From Haliotis cracherodii (Eukaryota), in the NCBI RefSeq assembly GCF_022045235.1, contig NW_027266343.1, positions 51,212,001 through 51,276,000 on the forward strand: DNA of 64,000 nucleotides. Direction: 5' to 3'. Below are positions 12,755 to 24,655 of this stretch, in pieces (positions within the stretch are counted from its first letter, which is position 1; each line of letters begins with the position of its first letter). The notes beneath the pieces are model-generated. The model had not been told where the DNA came from. It searched no databases and was given only the letters and a program-made list of their open reading frames with translations. Position numbers and translations under genes: made by a program.

Positions 12755-13226
12755 GCTACCTTCGACCGCCGCTGCTACTACTACGACCGCTGCCGCTTCT
12801 GCTACTACGACCGCCGCTGCTAATACTACGACCACCGCTGCTGCTACTACTACGACCACCGCTGCTGCTACTACTACCACCACCGCTGCTGCTACTACTA
12901 CTACTACGACCGCCGCAGCTGCTACTACAACGACCGCTGCTGCTACTACTACGACCGCCGCTGCTGCTACTACTACTACGACCGCCGCAGCTGCTACTAC
13001 TACGACCACCGCTGCTGCTACTACTACGATCACCGCTGCTGCTGGTACTACTACGACCGCCGCTTCTGCTACTACTACCACGACCACCGCTGCTGCTACT
13101 ACTATGACCGCCACCGCTGCTACTACTACTTGTCCTACTATACTACTACTGCTACTACTACTACTAAAACAACTACTACTACTTCCACTTCTACTACGTC
13201 TACTACGTCTACTACACCTACTACGT

Positions 13227-13257
<31 letters not shown>
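12755..13257. repeat. Compound trinucleotide repeat (ACT/ACG/ACC/GCC/GCT)n
   Basis: Directly visible; accounts for the low-complexity ORFs at 12475, 12674 and 13104. Confidence 0.9.
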
Positions 13258-14504
13258 GTAAGAGGGTGGTCAGGCTCGATGCTTGGTGCATGTTATTGCA
13301 TTCCAGCTGCGTGGATCGATGCGCATGGTGTCACTCACCGGATTGTCTGGTCCACATGGGTACACATTGTAACCACGTGGTGTGTGTGTTATCATACGGT
13401 GTGGGTTGTTGTCCATGTTATAAACCAGTGGTTTCAATTAACCATACTCGACTATTTACAGATCATGGTGCTCAAGCTGTAATGTTGATGAGTGTGGTTA
13501 AAGACATCTTTTTAAATAATCAACTAGTTACAAAGGGCACGAATGCCTACACGTCTAACCTCAGTTGGCTGTGCAGAGGTATATTCTTTAGGCTTGCCAG
13601 AAAGCTATGACCGTGGGTTCGAATCCCAGTTCACTCTGATTACGTTTCTTGGTTTGCCAGCACAGTATTCTTGATCGTGGGTTTCGCCAATGTGGTCAAC
13701 ATATAAGTTCTACATTAATTCGGGTTTTCCTCCCACATCAAGCTGACACGCTGCGATATTACTGAAATACTGTTCAAAGCGGCGTTAAAACAATCTCCCT
13801 CATTCACAAACGTGATGTTCTGAAGAGTATTTGAGACGGTAGTATGTTGTTGTTGTTGTTTGTTGTCTAAGGCCGCACTCCAGCAATATTCCAACTATAT
13901 GACGGCGGTCTGTAATTAATAGAGCCTGGGCCAGACAATCCAGTGATTAGGATACGATGCTATGTATAAATCAAGTCAGCGAGCCTGACCACCCGATCCC
14001 GTTAGTCGCCTCTTACGAACATGACAACGTTACAGTAACACTGTCAGATGTCCCCCGCCGTGTTGTTGCTGGAATATTGCTAAAAGTGGTGTAAAATCAA
14101 ACTCACTCACTCACTGTTTTAATAAAGCACAGTTCACGATATATGTTGGAACCAACAGACATAAAACATCATCCTATCGTAAAACTGTCGGCGATATACA
14201 TCGCCGGTGTCTCAGAGTGCATATTTCAATATCAATCATATACATATCGTCAACGGCTGTCATTTCAAACTACCGTTATGTACCCTTCTGTGCCAGCACT
14301 TCGTGTATGTAGCACTGTCAAGGTTGATGATAACATCTAATAGAGACGGCCAAGGTCACGCCCGGAGAGCACTGCCAGATGGCACAGATACAGAATGACT
14401 TCAGACGCGTGGTGATGTGCTACACTGCGCTATGCTGTAGGCTGTTGGTGTCATTCTTCCTGTCCAACACCTCGATAGGGGATATTTCCGCTGTTTGCTG
14501 TTTG

Positions 14505-14823
14505 ATTGTTTGTGTTTAACGCCGCAGTCGGCAAAATTTCAGTATATGACGGCGGTCTGTATTGTTTGTTTGTTGTTTAACGCCGCACTCAGCAATATTC
14601 CAGGTTAATGACGGCGGTCTGTAAGCAATCGAATCTGGACAAGACAATCCAGTGACTGATATTATGAGCATCGATCTACGCAATTGGGATGCGATGACAT
14701 TCATCAACTAAAACAGCGAGCCTGACCACCCGGCCCCGTAGTCGCATCTGACGACAAGCATAGTCCCCTTTAAAGGAAAGTATGGTTTGCTGAAGACCTA
14801 TTCTACCCCGGATCTTCACGGGT
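14505..14823 (-). mobile_element. SINE-like family A with duplicated tail (partial copies also at 13850-14018 and 15695-15845)
   Basis: Similarity to the other copies. Confidence 0.85.
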
Positions 14824-15845
14824 GCCCCGGTGTTTGCGTGTAGGTTTATAGGTGCTGGACGAATAGGAAGAGACCTATTGGGTATCTCAGTTTGTGGAAT
14901 TGGTTGAATGAACGAATTCGGGTTTTACGTAGTTTTGAACAATTTTATACATTCAATGTGCAAGGAAAGCTAATGTGTCACAGGTGGTAACAGTTTCCCA
15001 CGTTGCTGAAACCAACAAGCACGGAAATGATGCCAGCACAAATGAGATCGAAATCGGCGAAAATGGAGGAGCCGAACCAACAAACAGAAGATCCTGGAAC
15101 GGACAAGGGACGCCACTCTGTATAGCTGGCAAGACGTCTTAAAAACTGCTTTGAAGTTCCCCCAAACCGTGTCGTCATTGTTCTTTTTAGAAAATGTCAT
15201 TGTCGTTGTGACGATACAACGTTGACATAATATGTTATCGAATGTGTATCATTACGTAAACGGGGAGTGAGTGAGTTTGATTTTACGCCGCTTTTAGCAA
15301 TATTCCAGCAACATCACGGCGGGGGGCACCAGAAATGGGCTTCACACATTGTACCAATGTCGGTAACCCAGGTCTTCGGCGTGACGAGCGAACGTTTTAA
15401 CCACGAGGCTACCCCACCGCCCCCATAAACACCGAGATCTGTCTAACGTTACGTTGCGTTTAGCACTAGGCAAGTGATGATCACCGGGCCATGATTCTTA
15501 GGTTTGGCTTTTCATATCATCTTTTAGGAATCAAACTCGGGTCTTCAGTATGTCGAGCCACGTTTAAACCACAAGGCCACTCTACCGCCTCCACACTTAA
15601 CAAGACGTTCACTTATACCAAGGTCAGATTAAAGGGAGACCATGTTGCAAGGTGCGGTGCCAATTGACAGCTTAGTACCAGACATTGTAATATTTGTTTG
15701 TTTGTTTGTTATCTAACGCCGCACTCAGCAATATTCCAGCTGTATGTCGGCGGTCTGTAAATAATCGAGTCTGGACCAGACAATCCTGTGATTGACATCA
15801 TGAGCATCGATCCACGCAACTGAGATACGATGACATGTATCAAGC

Positions 15846-16120
15846 AACGGGTGGCCCAGTCGTCTAAGGCGCCGCGATTCGCTGTGCAGAGTTGCATCCC
15901 TTGGGCACGCCAGAAACCTATGATTATGAGTTCGAATCCCGGTTCGCCCTGATTATGTTTCTAGGTTTGTCAGCACCATACCCGTGCTCATGGGTTTCAC
16001 CGGGGTGGTAAATGTCTGAGACCTGCATCACCTCGGGCTTTCCTCCCACATTAAGCTGACACGCCGCGATATAACTGGAATACTGTTAAAAGCGGCGTTA
16101 AACCAAACTGACTCACTCAC
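15846..16120 (+). mobile_element. SINE family C (tRNA-Leu-like head, V-domain-like body)
   Basis: TGGCCCAGTCGTCTAAGGCGCC A-box region, GTTCGAATCCC B box, GGGTTTCACCG...GGGCTTTCCTCCCAC body, shared tail. Confidence 0.85.
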
Positions 16121-16854
16121 ACTCTCAATTCAGGGTGTTTTTAAGGAAATAAACTCATTAACGTCGTTAAAAATAATGAAATGGCAATCAGAAAATAAGC
16201 ATGTTCGACATTTTCTGACGAACAGAATCGAACAAGTCTTGAACTCGATCCAAACATCGCTGTACTTTTTTGTTTCAGAGGAACCCGCCGAGTCGTTACG
16301 TTAAGTGTTGTTGCAGACTGCAACATCGATTTCTGTCTATATTTAAGTAGTCATGGTTACAGCTTTACACATCTACAGACATTTAACAAATAGTTCCTTG
16401 TTTGTGAGACCACTATTCATGACAATATGTTGGCGAAATCAGGGAGAAAAAGTACTGGCACGTGTTTGATATCAGACGACGTGAAAAGAACGTTTAATCT
16501 TTATAAATTGAATTTTTAGAGCACACGTTTGGCGTGTTGAATTCGACGCCAGCTGTTTCGTAATAAATCATATTTAGATTTGAGTCCCAGCCGGTGCAAT
16601 GACAGACCTTCGGAATGGTAGACACACACACAAAACATCAGCCACGTCACAACAAAAACTTCCCAGCTGTTCCGATACTCTTCACAGTCATTTCACTATA
16701 TTCACGTGAGTTCCTAATTAACTCCAAGGCCATGTCAGCTTTAGGTTTGACGTTTGTTACTTTCTAATAGAAATGTGTTGAAGCTAAGTTAAAATCGATA
16801 TCCGTTTCCATGGTAATCCCTTCAAACCACTGAATACGAGTCTATCTGTCAATA

Positions 16855-17180
16855 AAGGAGCAGACATTATATTTTTAGGGGGGAGGGGTTGTGGATTTTG
16901 GTTTGAGATCAGTATTTTTTTTAAATGTTGAGGAGCTCATTTGTTTACTCCAAAATAAACAGGTGCTTAATTCTATTTTTGAATAAATGGGCGTAATGAA
17001 AAGTACTAATTGTATTCTTTGGACAATATACTGTAGTCTACATGAAAAGGGCTAATGTTTTCCACTTCAGTGCGGGGCATGTGTAAAAACATTAGTAAAA
17101 CAGTGGCTTGATTATTTGTTGAAAAATAATCCCCCACCCCCAAAAAACCCAACGCCTGAAAATATAGTGGTTGCTCCCTA
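16855..17180. mobile_element. Probable Harbinger-type MITE
   Basis: aaggagcagacattatattttt ... gaaaatatagtggttgctccct inverted ends, TAA flanks. Confidence 0.5.
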
Positions 17181-17445
17181 ATAGAGGTTGTATGTAAATT
17201 CGTATATGAAACGTTAGAAATTCGTGAGCAAATCGTGTTCATTCTGGCCAAGCAGGTTACGGAAAGGGGGGAGTGGTGACCAGTGCCGTAGCCAGCCGGG
17301 GGGCAGATAACCCCCCCCCCCCACACACACACACACACACCTCACCCCACCCCACCCCACCCCACCTCCTGGATTTTAATAGAGAACAGTTTTATTTGAA
17401 TCATGAAAATACAAGTTGGGGACAAGTGACACAAATATTTGCGCC

Positions 17446-17481
<36 letters not shown>

Positions 17482-17653
17482 TAAATAGGTAGTTATCGTT
17501 CACACAATTGACAAAGACCGTAGCCCATGTTTCCTCCTCCACCTCCTCCTCCTCATCATCATCATCAGCAGCAGCATTAAATAGGTAGTTATCGTCCACA
17601 CAATTGACAAAGATCGTAGCCAATGTTTCCTCAAAGCGACGTTAATCAGCACC

Positions 17654-17715
<62 letters not shown>

Positions 17716-17842
17716 ACGACATTTTGAGTCCTGTCGTTGTTCCATTCGCCAGAATTATCGGCAGAAACGTTGAACTGCAAGATGACAAGGCCAGGTCTTC
17801 ACCGATTATCTCCGACGAGAAGGCATACGGACATTGGACTGG

Positions 17843-17897
<55 letters not shown>
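17446..17897. repeat. Microsatellite cluster: (CAT)n, a short duplicated segment, two (CT)n tracts
   Basis: (CAT)n at 17446-17481, (CT)n at about 17655-17712 and 17845-17897; attaaataggtagttatcgt... occurs twice. Confidence 0.9.
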
Positions 17898-17900
<3 letters not shown>

Positions 17901-18678
17901 AATGACAACACGTTACAGAGATGACAGATGGTGCCGCGTTAGCGATTACACCAGGTGGTGGCGAAATTGGGAGAGGAAGCGTGAACATTTCTACGGATAA
18001 CAGTAGCGAAATGCTTGATTTCACGCATTTTTCGTGGCTGCCGTCGTGTGAATATTTTATGACTGCTTCAAATGATTGAACATGCATTTTTACTGCTGTG
18101 ATCATGGTGGTGGTGGCGATACACCTGAAGTGTGAGTGTGAGTGTGAGTGAGTATGATTTTACGCCGCGTTTAGCACTATTCCATCAATACCACGGCGGG
18201 GGACACCAGACATGGGCTTCAGACATTGTACGCATGTCGGGAATCCAACCCGGGGCTTCGGCGTGACGAGCGAACGCTTGAACCACTAGGCTACCCTTGT
18301 TCAACTGTTTCCGTAGTATTATTAACACATAGGTGTAACTTTATAACGTCTCTTGCGACGACGCATTTTACTGACGTTGATTCCCAAAATCTCAAAGAAT
18401 TAATTTGTTTGTATATTTCAAATCTCAGGCGAGGACCAAATTTAGTATATCCAGGTTGCATTTATTTTCCAGAGAAGACAAAATAATACACAGGTCTAAT
18501 GGATAAAGGGTCCGCCTTCCATGGCCCATTCTGATCCTTTCCCATTATTCAGAATACTAGATGAGCCTCGTCTAAAAAACTTTAAGAAAGTGTTCCATTT
18601 TATCTGCTTTATTACCACCCCACAAGTTATAATCGTCACATATCAAGTATGGGGGTCAGATGCTTGACAATGTCCATG

Positions 18679-18945
18679 GGACCCGTGAAGATCCGGGGTA
18701 GAATAGGTCTTCAGCAACCCATGCTTGCCGTAAAAGGCGACTATGCTTGTCAGAGACGGCTAACGGGATCGGGTGGTCAGACTCGCTGACTTGGTTGATG
18801 CATGTCATCGTATCCCAATTGCGTGGATCGATGCTCATGATGTTAATCACTGGATTAAGTGGTCCAGACTCGATTATTTACAGACCGCCGTCATATAGCT
18901 GGAATATTGCTGAGTGCGGCGTTAAACAACAAAACAACCAACAAC
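18679..18945 (+). mobile_element. SINE-like family A, full length
   Basis: Close to the within-window consensus. Confidence 0.9.
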
Positions 18946-19190
18946 ATTGACACATGGTTTTGTTATGGAATTACACCATGAATTACCTCCCTTCGACCGT
19001 CAAGCCTGATCAAGACAACCTTGAACATTCCTTTTCACCAAGCTTATTCCTACATACTACATAAGGCAGCAATGGCAATGTGATATTGCATAGTTGGGTA
19101 ATAGTAATTACATTAAAGGTACACCTTTGATATTATGCAGCATTTCTCTAGGAATCACTGCCGAAAGATTGTGTTGTGTGATGTGATACA

Positions 19191-19347
19191 GTGAGTATGG
19201 TTTTACGCCGCTTTTAGCAATATTCCAGCAATATCACGGCGGGGGACACCAGAAATGGGCTTCACACATTGTACCCATGTCGGGAATCGAACCCGGGTCT
19301 TCGGAGTGACGAGCGAACACTTTAACCACTAGGCTACCCGACCGTCC
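19191..19347 (-). mobile_element. SINE family B (other copies at 15266-15422, 18140-18296, 29464-29613, 41001-41090)
   Basis: Reverse complement of the 20044 copy. Confidence 0.9.
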
Positions 19348-20043
19348 CTGATGTGATACAAACGAGAAGCAGTGAAACTTGTTCCAATATGGATTCCTCC
19401 AGCTCCCAATGTTGCCATGTTGGATGGAGGTAAGTCGATTGCAGTGCTCAAAGTTACAATGCACTTGTGGAATGTTTCGAGTCCCGTGATTAAACTTCAA
19501 TACTAAACGGATAATAGAATGTGACGACGTTAACCATGAACTTTAGTGGTGTTTTATTATGTTTAAAACGTATGTCTTAACGTAAGGATACAGATACATG
19601 GGTGAAACAGCCCATCAGTTAGCCTTATCGGGGATTTAGAGGCAGTTAAAGACACTGCTTATTACATATTTCATTTTAAGCATTCTCCATTAAAACACAA
19701 GGTTAGTCTGAAATTCCGCATCTAAGAAAAGACATAAAGTGTGCTCTACTTCCATGTGTCGAGTAACAAAGTGCCCGGAACTATTTTATCGACCAAGAAC
19801 TCGGACTCAAGCTTTTTTGTACTTAAAGTTTAAGAAATGTGAAATGAAGTCACCAAAAGCTGGAGCTGCAGGACTTTTCCACGACATGAAGGGAATGTTG
19901 ACTTTTGAAAAGTTGAAGTCGTCACTCTTGTCTTACAGTCTTGTGGAGAGTTTATTGTCACTCTGAATCTTTGTGCATAAATGTAAACATGCGACGGATG
20001 AGGCAGTCCCACTGGTCTCTTTCATTTCTATTTCAGGTGGGTA

Positions 20044-20208
20044 GGGCGGTCGGGTAGCCTAGTGGTTAAAGCGTTCGCTCGTCACGCCAAAGACCCGGGT
20101 TCGATTCCCGACATGGGTACAATGTGTGAAGCCCATTTCTGGTGTCCCCCGCCGTGATATTGCTGGAATATTGCTAATAGCGGCGTAAAACCATACTCAC
20201 TCACTCAC
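20044..20208 (+). mobile_element. tRNA(Asp-like)-derived SINE family B with 12-bp TSD
   Basis: A box TAGCCTAGTGG, B box GGTTCGATTCC, (CACT)n tail; ttcaggtgggta at 20032-20043 and 20209-20220. Confidence 0.92.
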
Positions 20209-20749
20209 TTCAGGTGGGTAAGTCAGTGGAAGGGAATTGGCTGTTTGACCGTTATTGAATATTAATATCATATCATCGATATACCTGAAGTTTAAGTTGA
20301 ACTTCTTGGTCAAATTCGGCGCCCTTCACGTTTTTCTTCTCTCTGCAGTGTTTCTTTGTACGATAAACAACTCCGACTCGTCGTTTATTTCTTAAATCGA
20401 CGGAGGGTATATATACTGTGTATTATGCCATTATTGTGAACTAGTCAAGAAATAGAGTAAAGAATCCTGTATTTGAGTAATATTTCTTGCATTTATCACC
20501 TGTGAACCTATTTCGGAATGTTCTACATCGCTTGGTTCCAAATTAAAATAAGTGTAGCATCTATTCTGAGACGCCCTCGGGTTTCAGGACACAGTATACT
20601 CATCTCCTACTCAGTATGCTCATCTGCCCGGCACCCAAAGGTGAGTAGCATGCTGTGTCACTTGTTTAGCACATGTTTCCGATCAGAGCTTCAAGCTGCA
20701 TAGAGACGGTTTTTAAAGGTAGATGTTGAAACTCGCCTTCCTGTTATTG

Positions 20750-22740
20750 TACTGAATTCTCTATTGATAACAGGAGCAGATTTGAGTCTTTAATGCACTT
20801 GTATTCGGGCAAATAAGTTTTGACAAAAATCCTGGTCTCTTAAACGAGCCAAGGATCTGAATGTGAATATTGATTATGTTGATGATTGTGAAATGCTTAA
20901 CGGTACAAAAATGAGTGTCAACCAAGCAAAGTGCCCTTTTAAATTGGCCCAGACTCAGCTTTTCAAGTAGAGGCCATCTGAACGACCACTGCTTCGAGTC
21001 TATGTGCAGTGTGTTGAGAAGAAAAGCCCTTACTTCCTTCTGAACAGTGAAACAGAAGGCTTTCAGTTTGCTGCTCAGGACCAGTCACTTCCAACTCGAA
21101 ACCGTCAATGTGGGATTTTGCATCAAAATGTAAATATGAAATGTAGATTATGTATACTAGAATTTAATGAGACTGTAAAATACATTGTCAGTGGATGCCA
21201 AGTTTTGGCACAAACACAGTATCTTAAGGAACATGATGGAGTGGCTCGATCCTTTTATTACAGTCTTCGACATGCTGGTGGATTTGACACAGAGGTCCAT
21301 CCATGGTACGACCCAGAATGTGTAAAAATGGAAAATGATAAATACAAACGTCTTTGGAATAGGCTCGTATACAGCCTCAGACCTATCCAACAAACCTGAT
21401 CTTGTCCTTTTTCATAACTCCAATGAAGTTATTTATAGCCAAGAATTTTCTGTCCCTTTTGACACAAATGTGACTGACAAGATTCAGGAAAAACATGGCA
21501 AATATGCGGACGTCGCTTTCAAAATGTCACTCTTGCACCCAAAGTAACAAGTTGTTCGGCTCCTCACTGTTCTCGGTGCCTTAGGTTTGGTACCACGAGT
21601 AAAAGGCAAATTATTGAAACAGCAGTGGGACAAAGCCATGCCAATGTATGCATACCTGAGTGAACAAAACACCCTGGACCAGCTCCGGCAACTAAAATTA
21701 TATATGCGCCGTTAACCTGGTGAGCTAACTGCCAACGCTCGTCAGGCGTCTTTGCATGAACCCCCAGTTCCAACTGCAGCAGATCTGAAATTGCAAACGT
21801 TCGCATTATTCTCCCTAAATTACCTCAAGCAATTGTCAATGATGACCTACACATGGGCTCACAAAATGAAATTCTGATGGTGGCCTCGAAGATGTTGAGT
21901 TTTCTTCCGATTCCGACCTCTCCTCTGTCAATGAACTTTCTTATGATCCGTTGTAAATTTTGTTAATGTCATTCTATAATCAGATCTCTGATTTACCGAT
22001 TTAGAGACGGAGGCCAATAAAAACAATTTGACCAATCATTTCCACAGAATCAATTTAATAAATAAGAAGACATTATGTCAGTCACTCTTAATGCCGGCTG
22101 TTCTTTGCGTGACATTTACTGTTGCGTGTATGCTGCTGCTGGAACACAGAAGGAACTCAATACAGTTTCCAAAGACAATGAACTACAAAAGGGTAATAAA
22201 CAAAATCATCAAAAGAAAAAATGGTTCCAAAACAAAATAAATGAAACATGCAATGCTATATCCCGGATCGACAATCAATGTCCAAAACACCAAAAATCAA
22301 TTTGGAATAAAATAAAAAATACAAGACAACAAAAGAGAAAATTCTAAATCAAGTTCTTGATTCTCTGATGGCAAAGTTTAAGTTTTAGAAAGAAAAGAAA
22401 GTGGGACAAGAAAAAAAGTTCATTAAACAAAATAAACTGTTCAAATCTTATGATAAACACTTTAACAGGCAATTAAATGCAACCAATGGCAGTGATAAGG
22501 AAAGGCCTGCCATGGACTGATGAAAGGTTTTGGAAACAGCTGTGGTCTATACCCGGCAACTGCAACCTCGAGCAACCTTAGTAGAGGCTTACAATAATAA
22601 TGTACATGACAAAATAAAGTCGCCATTGTGTTTCATTACAACCGGTTGCCTGAAAAGGGTAATTAAAAAGTCCAAATCTAACACAGCGCCAGACCCTGAT
22701 GGCATTCATAAATGTCCAAACGCCATTACTTCACTGTTTA
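20750..22740 (+). mobile_element. Decayed non-LTR retrotransposon with restriction-like endonuclease (R4/Dong-like)
   Basis: ETEGF.FAAQDQSL.TRN, CRLC....ETV..IVSGC..LA...Y...HD.VA (degenerate CCHC), KPDLVL, E.SVPFD.N...K..KY; further downstream an N-terminal region ending in APDPDGIH. Confidence 0.8.
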
Positions 22741-24257
22741 AATTATCTTGTGGATACAGGGGATGTTCCGTCTTCGTTGTCTGATCGAGACTTGAGTATT
22801 TCCAGGCCTCCGTAATACAGCTAGAATTCCATGAGTGGCGCTCAACAACCAACAAACAAACTGTACTCAAGGACAATAACTCGTGTCTGGATACAGGAGG
22901 TTACCGTATAGACGTGTCATGTCACGTTCGTTATGCTGAGTCCCAGATGAGTCTCACTGATCCCGTTATGTCCAAGTTATGTACGTAGCAGCCCAACCCT
23001 TAGTATGACTGACCCTGTGGTGAGGGGAAAAGGGATTCGTGTTCAAGGTTATTGCACTTACATACCGCCCTGCCTTTGTGATTCAGCCAAAGTGATTGAT
23101 TGATGTATTGGTTTTTGTCCATGTACTAGTCTGGATTAATGCCGGTTTTGTCGTGCTAGACCGTGCCGCAGTTTAACATGAATACCAACTCAGTGTACCG
23201 ACACCGAACCGACCAATCTTTTTCTTCCCCTAATGTCGAGCACCACGCAGGGTAACAAGTGCCGTCTTTTAACGTCTTATGGTATCCCGCGAATCGAACC
23301 ACCGACTCCACTACACCAACGAGGTGGTTCTGACCCTGTGGGGATTCCGATGTTTACTAATGGTTTTCGGGCTGTATGTAATACGCAATGACGTCAGAGC
23401 AGTAATGGCGTCACATTTTATCATCGACGTACTGTTAACATCTCAAAGACTTTTGAATTGGGTATTTTGCAGTAATATGGTTGGAATATTGCTACCAGCG
23501 ACAACAGCACCGTACGTCATCATTCACTAACGTTATGATTCAACTGTGAAGGCTATCTATGTTCTCATTTAAACGTTGCAGGCCCCAACTATGTTTCAAA
23601 GTGTGTCGGCACCATACTCGTACTCGTGGGTTTCACCAAAATGATAAACGTCTTAGACCTGCATCACTTCGGACTTCCAAACTGACTCGCCGTGATATTA
23701 CTGGAATTCTGGTCAAAGCGGCGTTAAACCCAACTTAATCACTCACTCACGCTTTATAATGCAGCCGTGGACGCTGTCATTGTTCTGATTAAACTGTGGT
23801 AGGTCGTGGCTATTGGCTGTGTCTCAAGGAATTTGTATTATGAAATAAACTTTGATTTCAAACGTATTCAATGCAGTACAACGTCCAGTTAATTGTTCTG
23901 TTGGAGTTGGCAAAATAAGGTTTCACCTGGAACAAATTACAGCAAAATGTATTTCACCATAATGTATTTCTACAAGGTTCCAAGAACAACATACTAAAAG
24001 TCCGAAGCAATCACAGTTTGGGATATATATCTGATGTGCAATATCCAATATGGCCAATAGTTATCAATATATCTTCCATATTTCAAATGAGGTTCAATCT
24101 ATTATTGAACAAAGCATATATCTTTTTGCAAAAAGGTCATACTAGGTTTCTTAAAAAGTTATTCACGAGGTCTACAGAAGGCTTTGACTATTGACAAATC
24201 TACAAAAATTCAACATGGCCGTCAATTTCAAGATGGGCGGCAAGTTTCCTAAATCCC

Positions 24258-24655
24258 TGGTTCAGGGAAATTTGACAGCAAATCGCAATATAAATCAAAT
24301 TCTTCAACCTCGCCTTCTTCCAGTCGCTGACCGCCAGAGAGAGCTGTTTCAACAGCACAACGCTCTACCGCACACAGCTCGTTTCACGGTAGACTACCTT
24401 CATAATGCCAACATCAACGCTTTGCCCTGGCCGTCGAGATCTCCAGGTCTCAACCCAATCGAACACCTCTGGGATGAACGCGATCGACGTGTACGTCAAC
24501 GTCAGAACACGCCGCAGACACTCCCACAACTGGCCAACGCTTTACAAGCAGAATGGCGCAGAATTCCGCAGGACAGAATTCGTACACTTTTCCAGTCAAT
24601 GCCGAGGAGATTCAGAGCCGTGATTGTTGCCCGGGGCGGTCACACGAGATACTGA
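24258..24655 (+). mobile_element. Tc1-family transposase C-terminal fragment (pseudogene)
   Basis: GNLT, FQQHNA.PHTAR, LPWPSRSPGLNPIEHLWD, SMPRR..AVI.ARGGHTRY; second catalytic D appears mutated to H. Confidence 0.9.

Noticed and set aside
12475-13610. Leu/Pro/Arg-rich and Val/Ala-rich long ORFs
   Set aside because: Translations of a trinucleotide microsatellite running into a SINE fragment.
14983-15141. Possible orphan exon (VVTVSHVAETNKHG...) and similar GC-richer patches at 17750-18080
   Set aside because: No homology recognised and no consistent exon chain.
20044-20118. tRNA-Asp-like gene (also 28471, 19191 and others)
   Set aside because: No proper acceptor stem; continues into a SINE body and tail with TSDs.
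22515-22545. CTGATGA...GAAAC hammerhead-like string
   Set aside because: No credible stem II or stem I; lies inside decayed LINE coding sequence.
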